DNA from: an uncultured Chloroflexia bacterium
Lineage (GTDB): Bacteria > Chloroflexota > Anaerolineae > JAAYZQ01
NCBI GenBank assembly: GCA_963700285.1
Contig: CAVOXA010000014.1
Location: forward strand, 256,001 to 320,000
Direction: 5' to 3'
DNA: 64,000 nt
Position numbers and translations under genes: made by a program. The notes below the pieces were generated by a model. It was not told the DNA's origin. It did no database searches and saw nothing but the letters and a program-made list of their open reading frames with translations. Below are positions 39,931 to 51,000 of the stretch, one piece after another (the stretch's first letter is position 1; each line of letters begins with the position of its first letter).

Positions 39931-41838
39931 CTAGGGTGACTCTGGCGCTGCCTCTAGCTGCTGCGGTACGGTGCCTGTCGGCACAGCCAGTTCGGTACCG
40001 AGCCTATCCGTCCAGTTCATCCCCTGCTCCGGATACAGGTTCGGGTCGTTGTCGGCCCACGGGGCGCGATCCAGGCGCAGGTCCTCAAAGCCTGACCGCT
40101 TGGCCACCAGCCGGTAGGAGAACTCGACATTGGCGTCGCCATCTCGCAACCGTACCTCGAACTGCTCCGGCGTCCGCCCGCTGACATAGACCTCTGCATC
40201 GCCATAGACCTGGACAAAGACGTGGTACGGTTGCTCCAGGTTCACCGTCTGGGCAAAGATAGGTTCGATGGTGATCACTGCGGCGCCATCCTGCAGCTGG
40301 CCGAAACCATAGTCGGCGAACCAGACCTCGGCTGACTCCTCGGCATACAGTTCCCGGCTGCCGTCATCGGTGCGCACGACAGCCGGCTTGGGAGCTCCCA
40401 CAATTGTGAGACCCGCTTTGCCAGCAGGGACCGAGATGTAGACGCCGTTGCCAGTACTGGTAACAAACTTGCCCGCCCAACCGCCCGTGGAATCGGTCTG
40501 GCCATAGACGCCGGCGTTGTCGCCGGTGGGGTGATTGGCATAGCCGAACAGGCCCCGGCCCGTTCCCGAGCCGCTGGCGCCCCAAACGCCAATGGTCGTC
40601 TTGGTGGGATGGCTGTTGTCCGCCAGGCCGATGAGGCCCCGGCCGTCTTCCGACGCGGCGTGGCCAAAGAGACCGGTCGTGAAGCCGGTTGGGTTCCCGG
40701 CATAACCATAGATGCCGATGCCAACGTTGGAGTCTGTCTGGCCATAGACGCCTCTGGGGACTGGACCACCAGCAGTACCGCCAGTGTTGCTGGCCCAGCC
40801 AAAGACACCTTGACCTTCGACGGAGCTTGTGACGCCCCAAACGCCGATACCCGGGCCGGTGGCAGCGTCGGCGACGCCGACGACGCCACGGCCATCAGGC
40901 GACTTGACGTGGCCGTAGAGGGCGTTGGTAAAGCCCGTGGAGGAGCTAGCATAGCCATACACGCCGGTACCACTGCTGCCGCTCGTCTCTCCCCGGAGGC
41001 CTGTGCCATCAGAGGACGTGGCGGTCAAGCCTGTCCCCGTCCCGGTCCAGGTCTCGCCCCAGTGGTCGTGGCCGACGATGGGCGAGCCGTTCAGCGTACC
41101 GCTCAACGTTGCATCCACAAACTGGGCATCGTATGTTATGGGTACGGTCTCAATCCGTTCCGTGCCATCCTCCCCCTCGACGCCCTGGATGGCTCCCTGG
41201 CTTACGAGGCGCAGATTGTCGCCTCCGTCGGAGAAGCCAAAGTAGGCGCTGCCGTCAGCCCGGCGCACGTTGTTCAGGTCGTAGGCCCACACCCCACTCC
41301 CATCGGTCTCGGTTGTCACCCACTGCGAGGTGCCAGCGTCACCGCTGGCATCGTTGTCCTGCAATTGCAGGTAGACCAGGGCACCGGCCACCGGCGTGGT
41401 TCCGTCCGACTGCTTCACATAGCCCCACACGATCTTGCCCGGCAAGGGTGGACTCAAACTGGCACCCGTGGTGATCTGGTAATAGTCGCCGCCATTGTTG
41501 TCCGTCGTCGCCCCAGAACGCACCTGGAAGTAGTAATTGGTAGTGGCCGACAATCCGCTGACCACCACCCGGTGCATGGTGGTACTGGTGTCCGGATCCG
41601 ACGCGGTGTTGCCCAGGGCTGTGCTCGTGCCCCAATCCACGTGGCCGTCCGTGGCTGTGTCGGTAACCCACGTCACCGTGAACTGAGCGGCCCCCACATC
41701 CGTGACGTAGACCTGGTACATGGTTGATTGGGCATAGATGGCAACAGGTAGAATGGCCACCAGGAGCAAGGATACCAAGAGTGCCGTAGCAGGCAGACGT
41801 AGGCCACGCTGCCCAACAGGGTTCAACATACGTTTCAT
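39931..41838 (-). CDS. secreted protein: FN3 (purple acid phosphatase N-like) + carboxypeptidase-regulatory-like domain + Gly-rich GVxG repeats + tail-fibre-chaperone-like C-terminus
   Basis: Signal peptide ending IYA; VTWVTD...HRVVVSGL...YYFQV; repeated GVYG/GVWG/GLFG; LYAEESAEVWFADYG...FSYRLVAKR. Confidence 0.75.
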   Translation of the reverse strand: MKRMLNPVGQRGLRLPATALLVSLLLVAILPVAIYAQSTMYQVYVTDVGAAQFTVTWVTDTATDGHVDWGTSTALGNTASDPDTSTTMHRVVVSGLSATTNYYFQVRSGATTDNNGGDYYQITTGASLSPPLPGKIVWGYVKQSDGTTPVAGALVYLQLQDNDASGDAGTSQWVTTETDGSGVWAYDLNNVRRADGSAYFGFSDGGDNLRLVSQGAIQGVEGEDGTERIETVPITYDAQFVDATLSGTLNGSPIVGHDHWGETWTGTGTGLTATSSDGTGLRGETSGSSGTGVYGYASSSTGFTNALYGHVKSPDGRGVVGVADAATGPGIGVWGVTSSVEGQGVFGWASNTGGTAGGPVPRGVYGQTDSNVGIGIYGYAGNPTGFTTGLFGHAASEDGRGLIGLADNSHPTKTTIGVWGASGSGTGRGLFGYANHPTGDNAGVYGQTDSTGGWAGKFVTSTGNGVYISVPAGKAGLTIVGAPKPAVVRTDDGSRELYAEESAEVWFADYGFGQLQDGAAVITIEPIFAQTVNLEQPYHVFVQVYGDAEVYVSGRTPEQFEVRLRDGDANVEFSYRLVAKRSGFEDLRLDRAPWADNDPNLYPEQGMNWTDRLGTELAVPTGTVPQQLEAAPESP

Positions 41839-41937
41839 CGTTCACCTCCGTCAGTACATGATATGTAAGCGATTGTACCAAAAGTGCCGGCACTGTCGTG
41901 TTCGATCCCTCACCTCCTCCCACACAAAACTGGGTAA

Positions 41938-42007
41938 CAGACCTGACAGGGTGGATGCTACGCATCGACCGGGTGCTGCGTATCCACTGGAAAACCCGTC
42001 AGGTCTG
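41938..42007. other. long imperfect hairpin between the giant gene and its downstream partner
   Basis: cagacctgac / gtcaggtctg outer stem and gtggatgc / gtatccac inner stem. Confidence 0.6.
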
Positions 42008-42014
42008 CAATAGA

Positions 42015-45000
42015 TCACGGTAGCTTTACGGTCTGTGCCGGCCTGACCTCGCAGGCAGGCATGGACAGCTCGACCTGGCCGCCGGCCGGACCGATGACTT
42101 CTAGCTTGAGCTGCAGGTCGCTACAGTCGGCCAACGGCAGGTTTGTGGACCAGTAACCCAGGTCATCGACAGTAGCCGACAGGGGTTCAGACAGGCTGCC
42201 GTCGGTACTGGCGAGCCAGAGGCGTGCTAGGGCGCCAACCGCTGGTTGACCGCTGGTTGTCTGTACCTGACCGTAGGCCACGAAAGGCAGGGCCGGGATC
42301 TGCGAAGTCTTGGTGGTGACACTGTAGAGCGCACTACCCATGTCATCGACGATCTTGCCAGCGTGGACGTGGAAGAAGTAGGTCGTGTTGGGCTTGAGTT
42401 GGGTGAGGGTCACGTGATGCACCATGGAAGCTGCTGCATCCTGCTGAGCCAATGTGCCGAGTTGTTCTGTCTCGCCATACTCGAGCCAGCCGGAGCTGGG
42501 GCTGTCGGTGCGCCAGGAGACGGAAAAAGTCACGTCCCGGTGGTTGGAGACCAAGATATCGGAGACAGTAGGTATGGTCGCAGCGTAACTGGCCAGAAGC
42601 TGGTCGGGTGCAGAGTCCAGGGTCGTGGCCTTGGACAGGTGTGGAGCAGCTACCCGCGCGGGCTCGTGGTTGGGGAGTCCGGTGACACGGGCGGAGCGGC
42701 CGAAGGTGTTGTTATCATCTGAGGCCAACTCGGGATCGTGGGTAAGGAGTCCGGTGACACCGCCGGGTGTGTAGGTAGTAGCGTTGGCGCACTTGACAAA
42801 ATAGCCCACGTCGTTGCCGAGGTTAAAATTGTTGAAGGGCAGATCCCGGACGTGGCCTTCCCAGCGGCCATCCTGCCACTGGTAGAGCTCAGTGCAGTCT
42901 CCGCCCTGGGCAGAGGCCTCGTCGAGCAGCGTCTCAGCGGTCATGGGCGCGGGCAGCTTGGGCAGGCCGATGAGTGTCCAAGTCGGATTGAGTTGCACGG
43001 GTACAGGGCTGGCGGGCGCCTCGCCTGTACGCTGCCAGGTACTGGCCTGGTCGACCTGGACAAAATAGCCCTGGCCGAGCTGTAGTGTAAAGTTGTTGCC
43101 AGGAGGTCCGCCATCATAGCACTGCCAGTCGTCGACGTCGGAGAGCCAGGCACAGAGTTGGAGAGCGTTGCCACCCTGGTTCAGGATCTCGGTGCGTGCC
43201 GCCTCAGCATCGGTCGGTGGATCGGTCTGTACGGTGGGCGCTATCAGGGTCCAATCCCCGGTCAGGTCGTGGCTTGACGGAACAGAATGCTCGCCGTAGG
43301 TGATGTGGAGTTCTGGGGCCATGCCTGGGTCGCCGTCGAAGGATTCAGCGTCGCGCTTGCCGGTGCCGGAGATGAGGAGGGCCAGGCCGTTGCCAGAGGT
43401 CCAGCCGCCGCGGTCCACGATCTCCTGGATGATGGGCGCCAGGTTGGGTGAATCGTAGGGGTCACCGAGGGTCGTCCAGGGAGGGACGTTGTCCCACGGG
43501 ATCGAGGCCGAGGTTATGGTCCGGCCCGAGATGTCGCCGCTGGCCGCGGAGAAGGTGGGGGCATCGTCGGTGTCGTGGCCTTGGAAGAGGAGGTTGGTGT
43601 CCCCAGTCTGGACCCCCGCGGCGTAAAAGGTTACGTGGGCCTCCTGGATATTCGCGCCCTGAGGGATCGTGACGTTTTGGAAGCGGATGCCAACGGTCTG
43701 CACGTTACCGTTGTCGTCCGTGAGGTCCAAGTCCCAACTGCCGAGGTTGACTGCACCGCTACTGAGTCTCTCCTCGGCATCGTCGCTGTCCTGGCTGACC
43801 TGGAGGTCCAGCGTGGCGCCAGTGAACTCGCCAAAGAGGGCGGTGACCGATTTGTTGGCGTTCATGGTGAGCGAATCCGGGTTGGTGGAGCTAGAGAGAT
43901 GGCCGGTCCAGTTGACAAAGGTGTAGCCGGTGTTGGCGTTGGCCGTGAGCTGGACAACAGTACCCTCGCTGTAGGTGCCGCCAGCGCAGTCCGGTGGGGG
44001 GGCGACGTCGATGGTGCCGGCGCCGACAGGGAAGACAGCGGTGGTCAACGAGTAACAGGGTGGCCCGTCAAAGTGTGCGGTGACGTCCCTGTTGCCGTTC
44101 ATGGTGACGCTGTCGGGGTTGGTAGAACCGGTGAGGGCGCCGGACCAGTTGGCAAAGGTGTAGCCGCTGTTAGCGTTGGCTGTGAGTTCGACGACGGTAC
44201 CTTCGTGATATTTCGTCCCCTGGCAGTTTGGTGCTGGGTTGGCGACGACGGTGCCCCCGGAAGCAGGGTCGACGGACGTGGTCAGGGTATAGCAGGGCGG
44301 CGGCGTGCCAAAGGTCGTAAAGTTCCAGATGGGCCCCTCTGTGGTCGAGGAGCCATCGGAAACCTCCACGTACCACTCGTAGGGCGTTCCCGCAAACAGT
44401 CCCGGCCAGGCGATGGACGCATTCCCACCACTGGCCACGCCGCTCACGGTCCCCAGATTAGAGAAGGGGCCCGCGCCATCCATGTCATAGCTCAGGTCAA
44501 ACTGGCTGTTGGCGTCGGTCTCGAATTGATTGAGCGTCGGCGAATAGGTCTTGACGTGGATCGTGTCGTCCGTCGGCGAGAACTCGAGGGTGCGCAGCCA
44601 GCCATCCCCTCCGTTCGAGCGGCCTTGGTAGTCGGCAAGCAGCGTATGCACGGTGCTGCCGTTGTAGACATCGGTCCTCCGCGCCTCGGTCGTAACGTGC
44701 CCGCAGAGCATGAGGAACAAGTTAGGATTGTCCTTCAGCGCATCGTAGGTGGCCTGCCCCTGGGAAGACCAGGCGCCACTGCTGCCGATCAACCGGTGGG
44801 CCACGACGATCGCCCTGCGATCACTGTGGGTCTTCAGGAGGCCATCTGCCCAATCCAGCAGCGACTGGGGAGGGCTGTCATAGTAGCCAAAGTGGATGGC
44901 GATGAAGCCCATGCCGCCCCCGTCAAAGAGCTGATAGCTGTCCTCATTGTCTCCGTCGTAGGAGCCACCGTAATAACCTCTGCCCGCGAATCGGGACACA

Positions 45001-48000
45001 GGAAAGTAGGTGTTATAGTTGTCAGTGGGCATATCGTGATTGCCGTAGACAAGGCCATAGGGGATGCCATCAGGCAACCCAGTAGTGGCTGGATCCTCCA
45101 ACAGGCTCATAGCCGCATCGGCGTTATCCCACTGGTAGGTCTCGGTCGCGACTTCGACGATGTCCCCTTCGTGGGTGACAAAGGCGATGTTCATGGTGTC
45201 CTTATTCTGGACGATCCACTGCGTCTGGGCCGAAAAGGTCTGGGGATAGCTCTCAGAGTAGTACTGGGTGTCGGGCAGGACAATGATGCTAAAGGCCTCT
45301 CCGGTGCCCGCGCCGGCTTCGCGGCCGTAGAAGTTGACGTCCATCGTTTCCAGCTCTGGATCAGAGACGGTGACCTCCAGGGTTGGCGGGGTGACGACAC
45401 CCACGGCCCCATTCGCCGGTTGCACCAGCGTGGGCTCGTAGGGCGGATCGTTAAAGATCAAGTTAAAGGGTGCCCCACCCACCCAGCTATAGCCGCTCCC
45501 CATCACGGTTCCAGTAACCGAGGAGCCGGCAGTATCACCGACGGTGGTACCCGTGCCCTCATCCACGCCCCAGCGGGCCACCAGCCCTGTCTGCGGGCCC
45601 GCAAGCTCGTCATTGATGGTAGCACGGATCTCGGTCTGAGTGCGTGCTGAATCCCAGACACGGGCTTCGTCGATGACGCCATCAAAGCGGCCCTCCGGCG
45701 TGCCATCGGACTCCATGGCCGTGGCCAGGCCGGCGTGTTGGATACTATCAGAGCGGGGCGGTTCTCCCACAACCAGTTCTGCCTCGAGGCGCCCATTCAG
45801 GAAGAGCTGCCACTTGTTGCCGTCATAGGTCGCGGCGGCGTGGTACCAGATGTCATTGCTGATAGTCGTTGTGCCAATGATCGGGTGGTTCAGGCTAGGA
45901 CTAGAGCCGCCTGCCCCCTCCTCAAAGTCGGCCATCAGGACGCTGTCCGAGGCGCGAATGCCCAGGAAGTAGTTCATGTCCTTGTTGTCCGCGTCATCGA
46001 CCTCGCTCGTGCCGTTTGTCAGCAAAGGTATGGCATCGTCCACGCCACCGGTGCCCGTTGTGGTCGTTTGTCCCGCACCCTGCCGCTTGAACCAGGTCTC
46101 GATGGTGAACTCGGGCAGGCCGAGGGTGGGAGCGGGGCCAAAGGTGACATAGGCGTTGGAGCTGCCAAAGTCCAGGGCGTGGTTGGTCGCCACCGGCGTG
46201 GTGGCGCAGTCCATGTTGGTATAGGCGGACGGACCGGCGGCATTCCTGGCCCGGACGCGGTAGCAGTATTCCTGCTCTGGAACCACGCTCAGGTCCGAGT
46301 AGGTCGTGACATTGGCCGGGCCTGTGCCCAGGGGGCTGTAGGTTCCGCCAATACCGGTCGTTGAGCGCTCGACATCAAAGATGGCTTCATTGTCCGCGTT
46401 GTCGGTCCAGGCCAAGTGGACCTCGGCGTGCGAGTAGGCCGTGGCGGTCAGGGCGGTGGGTGCATCGGGCGGATCGTTAAAGTTCAGGTTAAAGGGCGCG
46501 CCCCCCACCCAGCTATAGCCGCTGCCCATCACAGTGCCGTTGACCGTGGTACCGGCTGAGCCGTTGACTGCAGTCCCGGAGCCTTCGTCCAGGCCCCAAC
46601 GGGCCACGAGCCCGGCCCGCGGGGTCGTGATCTCTGAGTTGGCATCGAGCTGGATCTCGAGTACGCTGCGCGCGTGGTCCCAGATACGGACCTCGTCGAG
46701 CACGCCGTCAAAGTAGCCCTCCGGTGCCCCGGTAGAGGTCATGGCCGTGGCCAGGCCCGCGTGCTGGATGCTGTCGGACCGGACCGGCTCTCCTACCACC
46801 AGTTCCGCCTCGAGATTGCCATTGAGGAAGAGCTGCCACTTGTTGCCGTCATAGGTGACCGCAGCGTGGTACCAGGTGTTGTTGCTGATGGAAGTGGTGC
46901 CAATGACCGGGTGGTTCTGGCTGGGGCTTGATCCAGCCGCACCCTCCTCAAAGTCGGCGATCAAGACACCGTCCGAGGCGCGGATACCCAGGAAGTAGTT
47001 CATGTCCCTGTTATCAGGTACGTCAACCTCTCCTACACCCTTTGTCACCAGGGGGATGGCGTCGGTTACGCCACCGGAGCCCGTCGAGGTCGTCACCCCG
47101 GTACCCTCTCGCTTGAACCAGGTCTCGACGGTGAACTCGGGCAAACCGAGGCTGAGTGTCGGGCCAAAGGTGACGTAGGCGTTGTTCGTGCCAAAGTCCA
47201 AGGCGGTGTGGACCTCGGTTGTAGTCGTCGCGCAGTCGGCGTTGCTGTAGGCCGAGGGTCCGCTGGCATTGGTGGCCCGAACACGATAGCAGTATTCGGT
47301 TTCCGGAGCCAGGCCGCTGTCCGAGTAGGCGGTGGTGTTGGCCCCGATGGTGTCCAGGGGGCTGTAAGTGCCGCCAATGCCGGTGGTCGAGCGCTCGATC
47401 TCAAAGTTGGTTTCGTCGCTGGCATTGTCGGTCCAGGACAGGCCGATGGAATTCGCCGAGCTCGCGCTTGCTGCCAGGCCTGTGGGTGCGGCGGGCACCG
47501 AAAAGGCAATGTCAAAGGGGGCGCCAGGGGTCACCCAGCTATAGCCGGTGCCCAGGATCGTGCCATTGACGGCGGATCCCGTGGAATCATGGACATCGGT
47601 TCCACTGCCTTCGTCCAGGCCCCAGCGGGCCACGAGCCCTGCCTGGGGAATCTTGATCTCAGAGTTGACGTCGCCCTGGATCTGGGCATGGGTGCGGGCG
47701 TGATCCCAGATGCGGGCCTCGTCGAGCACGCCATCAAAGAAGCCGGCCGGCGTGCCATCGGATAGCATTGCCGTGCCCAGGCCGGCGTGCTGGATGCTGT
47801 CGGAGCGGACCGGTTGGCCCACGACCAGTTCCGCCTCAAGGTTGCCATTGAGGAAGAGCTGCCACTTGTTGCCGTCGTAAGTGGCGGCGGCGTGGTACCA
47901 GGTGTCATTGCTGATAGCCGTGGTACCGATGATCGGGTGGTTCTGGCTGGGGCTTGAGCCACCCCCGCCCTCCTCAAAGTCGGCGATCAGGACGCTGTCC

Positions 48001-51000
48001 GAGGCGCGGATTCCGAGAAAGTAGTTCATGTCCTTATTGTCAGCGTCGTCGACCTCTCCCGTGCCCTTTGTCACCAGGGGGATGGCATCGCCTACACCAC
48101 CGCTGCCCGTATTGGTCGTGACCCCAGCGCCCTCCCGCTTGAACCAGGTCTCGAGGGTGAACTGAGCCAGGCCCAGGGTAGAGGTCGGGCCAAAGGTGAC
48201 GTAGGCGTTGTTCGTGCCAAAGTCCAAGGCGTTGTGGACCTCGGCCGGGGTGGTCGCGCAGTCGGGGCCAGCGTAGGCCGACTCACCGGCGGCATTGGTC
48301 GCCCGGGCACGGTAGCAGTACTCAGTCTCAGGATCAAGGCCGCTGTCAGAGTATGCGGTGGCATTGGCCGAGGTGGTGTGCAGGGGGCCATAAGTGCCGC
48401 CGATGCCGGTGGTAGAGCGCTCGATCTCAAAACCGGTTTCGTTGTCCGAGTTGTCCGTCCAGGCCAGGTCGATCTGGATCGCCGAGGCTGCCGTTGCCGC
48501 CAGGGCTGTGGGTACAGCAGGGGGCGATACAGCGATGTTGAAGGGGGCGCCAGGGGTCACCCAGGTATAGCCGGTACCCATGACCGTGCCGTTGACGGTG
48601 GTGCCCGCCGAGCCATTCACTGCCGTTCCAGTCGCCTCGTCCAAGCTCCAGCGGCCCACGAGCCCGGCCTGCGGCGTCGTGATCTCAGAGTTGACGTCGC
48701 CCTGGATCTCGAGGTGGGTGCGGGCGTGATCCCAGATGCGGACTTCGTCGATGACGCCATCGAAAAAGCCCTCCGGTGTGCCATCAGAGATCATGGCGGA
48801 GCCCAGCCCGGCGTGCTGGATGCTGTCGGAACGGACCGGCTCTCCTACGACTAGTTCTGCCTCGAGGTTGCCATTGAGGAAGAGCTGCCACTTGTTGCCG
48901 TCATAGGTAGCGGCGGCGTGGTACCAGGTGTCATTGCTGAGGGTCGTTGTGCCGATGATCGGGTGGTTCAGGCTGGGACTGGAGCCGCCTGCCCCCTCCT
49001 CAAAGTCCGCCATCAGGACGCTATCCGAGGCGCGGATGCCCAGGAAGTAGTTCATATCCTTGTTGTCAGCGTCGTCGGCCTCGCTCGTGCCCTTTGTCAC
49101 CAGGGGGATGGCATCGTCCACGCCACCCGTACCTGTCGTGGTCGTAACCCCAGGTCCCTCTCGCTTGAACCAGGTCTCGACGGTGAACTGGGCCAGGCCC
49201 AAGCTGGGAGCGGGGCCAAAGGTGACATAGGCATCGGTCCCGACAAAGTCCAGGGCGCTGTTGGGCAGCGCGGTCGTGGTGGCGCAGTCGGGGTCACTGA
49301 AGGCGGATTCACCGCCGACGTTGGTGGCCCGGACACGGTAGCAGTACTCCTCCTCAGCGGTCAGGCCCAGGTCTGAGAAGCTGATGATATTGGCCGCCAC
49401 TGTGTCCAGAGGGCTGTAGGTCCCAGCGATACCGGTGGTGGAGCGCTGGATCTCAAAACTGGTCTCATTGTCAGCGTTATCGGTCCAGGCCAGGTTGATC
49501 TGCTCGGCCGAGACAGCGGTAGCCGCCAGGTCTGTGGGCGCGGCAGGTGGCGATATGACAATGTCAAAGGGAGCGCCCGGCGCCCAGCTATAGCCAGTGC
49601 CCATGACGGTGCCGTTGACGGTGGTGCCGGCCGAGCCGTTGACCGCCGTTCCGGAGCCCTCGTTGAGGCCCCAGCAAGCGACAAGCCCAGCCTGGGGAGT
49701 CGTGATTTCCGAATTGATGTCGGTCTGGATCTCAAGCTGGCTACGGGCGTGGTCCCAGATACGAACCTCGTCCAGCACGCCATCAAAGTAACCGGCCGCT
49801 GTGCCAGCGGAGGTCATAGCCGAGGCCAGGCCAGCGTGTTGGATGCTGTCCGAACGGGGCGGCTGTCCCACGACCAGTTCCGCCTCGAGATTGCCGTTGA
49901 GGAAGAGCTGCCACTTGTTGCCGTCATAGGTGGCCGCGACGTGGTACCAGGTGTCGTTGTTGATAGGCGTGGTGCCGATCACCGGATGGTTTTGGCCCGG
50001 ACTCGAGCCGGTCGCACCTTCCTCAAAGTCGGCAAAGAGCACGTTGTCCGAGGCGCGGATACCGAGGAAGTAGTTCGTGTCCACGTTGCTGCCCTCGGCT
50101 TCGCCCCTGCCCTTCGTCACCAGCGGGATGGCGTTGGTCACGCCCCCGGTGCCTGTCGTCGTGGTTTCACCAGCCCCTTCCCTCTTGAACCAGGTCTCGA
50201 CGGTGAACTGGGCCAGATCCAGGGCGGCGGGATCGCCAAAGGTCACATAATCATCGGTCCCGCCAAAGTCCAGCGCGGGATTGGCCAGCACATCGGTGGT
50301 GTCGCATTGAACGCTGGTATAGTCGGACTCACCGGCGGCATTGGTCGCCCGAACCTGGTAACAGTACTCTTGCCCGGGGGTCAGGCCCAGGTCTGAATGG
50401 CTCTCGGCGTTGGCCGGTAGGGTGATCAGCGGGCTGAAGGGCCCGCCGCTCCCGGTGGTGGAGCGCTCGACCTCAAAGTTGGTCTCGTTGTCGGCATTGT
50501 CCGTCCAGGCCAGGTCGATCTGGGCGTGGGAAGCCGTGGTGGCCGATAGGCCGGTGGGAGCAGCCGGTGCGACGGTGAAGGAGATGTTAAAGGGCGCGCC
50601 GGGCGTTACCCAGGCAGCCCCGCCGACGGTCCCATGGACGGCAGATCCAGCGGAGTCGAAGGCCATGGTCCCGGAGCCTTCGTTCAGGCCCCAGCGGGCC
50701 ACGAGCCCGGCCTGGGGGCTGGAGAGTTCGTCGTTGATGGTCGCCCGGATCTCGGCCTCGGAGCGCGCCGAATTCCAGATGCGGGCCTCGTCGAGGACCC
50801 CGTCAAAGTAGCCCTGTCGCGTGCCAATGGAGGTGATGGCGGTAGCCAGACCGGCGTGTTGGATGCTATCGGAGCGCGGCGTGGCCGTTTCGGCCAGCGT
50901 CTGGTCCAGAACACCGTTAAGGTATAGCTTCCAGTTGGCGCCATCATAGGTGACGGCGGCATGGTACCAGACGTCGTTGGCAATAGCCGTGGTGCCAACA

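Noticed and set aside
39931-41838. Prophage
   Set aside because: Only a fibre-like domain; no capsid, terminase or integrase, and a signal peptide is present.
43575-45650. Long plus-strand ORFs opposite real genes (e.g. 691 aa here, 51972..53447, 40531..41727)
   Set aside because: Antisense shadows of GC-rich coding sequence with no motifs.
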